NCBI GenBank assembly: GCA_963749155.1
Contig: CAVVLO010000005.1
Location: 32,001-96,000, forward strand
Source of the DNA: an uncultured Armatimonadia bacterium
GTDB taxonomy: Bacteria > Armatimonadota > Zipacnadia > CAVVLO01
DNA length: 64,000 bases
Direction: 5' to 3'
Below the pieces are notes generated by a model. The model was not told where the DNA came from. It worked only from the letters and a program-made list of their open reading frames with translations, and did no database searches. Shown here piece by piece: positions 63,051 to 64,000 of the stretch. Each line of letters opens with the position of its first letter. The first letter of the stretch is position 1. The position numbers were made by a program, and so were the translations under genes.

Positions 63051-64000
63051 ATGAGCCAGAGCGGTTCGAACCGAATCTACCCTATCGTGCATGACCTGCT
63101 GCGTACCGAAGAGAACGTCACTGCAGTGGAGGTGAGCGTTGAAGATCGCGCTCGCCCACTGGCTGCAATGGACGAACTGCTGGAGCGCGCCTTTGGCGGG
63201 ATTGTGGCCAATGTTGCCTTCAAAGATTATCTGCGTTCCGAAGAGGCCTGGGAAGACCTGGCAAGTGTTGTGGCGGCGACTCGTCAGGCAGGTCTGACTC
63301 TCTGGCTTTATGATGAGCGGGGTTATCCCTCTGGCAAAGCCGGTGGGCTTACTCTCGAGGGCCATCCCGAATTCGAAGCTAAAGGCTGCTTCCTAGCTCG
63401 CTTTGCCCTGAAAGCCTCTGAAGCCCCTCAAAGTTTCGAGCTCCCAGGGCTTGTGCTGGAAGCCACTGCTTATGCGGGCAGTCTTGAGCTGCCTGACCTC
63501 ACTCGCCGAGTCGAACTAGCTGTGTCTCTGGCGGACACCAAAGTTGAAGTCACCTGTTGCCGCGAAGACGGTGTATTATATGTTTTCTTCCTCGACCGGG
63601 CCTATGAGGGCACTCACTGCGTGGTAAACGTCAGCGACAAGCTGCCCTATGTGGACTTGATGGATTACGAATCTACTGCGCGTTTCCTCGAGCTTACCCA
63701 CCAGGCTTACTATGACCACTTCCGCGAAGCCTTTGATGCGGGAGTCTTCGAAGCGATGTTCACAGATGAGCCCTCTTTGATGAGTGGCTATCTGGTGAAG
63801 GAAGAACAGCCGTATGCAATGATTGCCTGGTCGCGCGGCCTGCGGGAGGAGTTCTACGAAATATATGGTTACGATCTGGTAGACCAGTTGCTCTTGCTCT
63901 TTGAAGGCGACCCCAAAGTGGCAGGCTCCGTGCGCCGAGATTTTTATGCTCTGGTGACGCGCAAGGTGCGGCATAGTTTCTTCCAGCAGATCCGCGACTG
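63051..64000 (+). CDS. GH106 alpha-L-rhamnosidase-like glycoside hydrolase (3'-partial; absent from the ORF track)
   Basis: RBS ggagg, ATG at 63051; translated by hand: FGGIVANV, WLYDERGYPSGKAGG, YVDLMD, FLELTH, MFTDEPSL. Confidence 0.75.
   Translation, partial: MSQSGSNRIYPIVHDLLRTEENVTAVEVSVEDRARPLAAMDELLERAFGGIVANVAFKDYLRSEEAWEDLASVVAATRQAGLTLWLYDERGYPSGKAGGLTLEGHPEFEAKGCFLARFALKASEAPQSFELPGLVLEATAYAGSLELPDLTRRVELAVSLADTKVEVTCCREDGVLYVFFLDRAYEGTHCVVNVSDKLPYVDLMDYESTARFLELTHQAYYDHFREAFDAGVFEAMFTDEPSLMSGYLVKEEQPYAMIAWSRGLREEFYEIYGYDLVDQLLLLFEGDPKVAGSVRRDFYALVTRKVRHSFFQQIRD

Overview
Bacterial chromosomal window, probably from an error-prone long-read metagenomic contig; many genes carry single-base frameshifts, densest in the first ~27 kb. 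Gene content (DUF1559/H-X9-DG prepilin-like protein, spoVS, rny-ymdB, an LpxL-family acyltransferase, many secreted CAZymes) suggests an Armatimonadota-like diderm Terrabacterium; this is an inference. Layout: (1) 1-~2590, a very GC-rich hflK-hflC-hflK' SPFH cluster that breaks off mid-gene at a sharp compositional junction. (2) ~2700-6320, a DUF4062-NACHT/ATPase-TPR (NLR-like) gene followed by a tRNA-3'-end-like remnant and a terminator. (3) ~6.4-29.8 kb, a glycan-degradation region: a multidomain GH42-like protein, a hybrid histidine kinase, a GH63-like enzyme, a 4Fe-4S membrane protein, GH89, and a convergent six-gene operon containing a tandemly duplicated module of a Tat-like hypothetical protein plus a signal-less sulfatase. 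(4) 30-53 kb, housekeeping genes (accB, hom, thrC, purC, apgM-like, tilS, acyltransferase, hisG, TPR proteins, PilZ, queH, HTH_17 protein, methyltransferase, GT4, Gfo/Idh/MocA, cinA, thpR, recA, recX, rny, ymdB, spoVS), with a highly structured ~135-nt intergenic RNA upstream of rny. (5) 53-64 kb, a large secreted glycosidase-like protein, leuB, aroF, an orphan sugar-binding protein, a PH-domain membrane protein, the prepilin-like gene and a partial GH106-like gene. No CRISPR array, rRNA, intact tRNA, transposase or integrase was recognised. All family assignments come from motif recognition by eye, not database searches.
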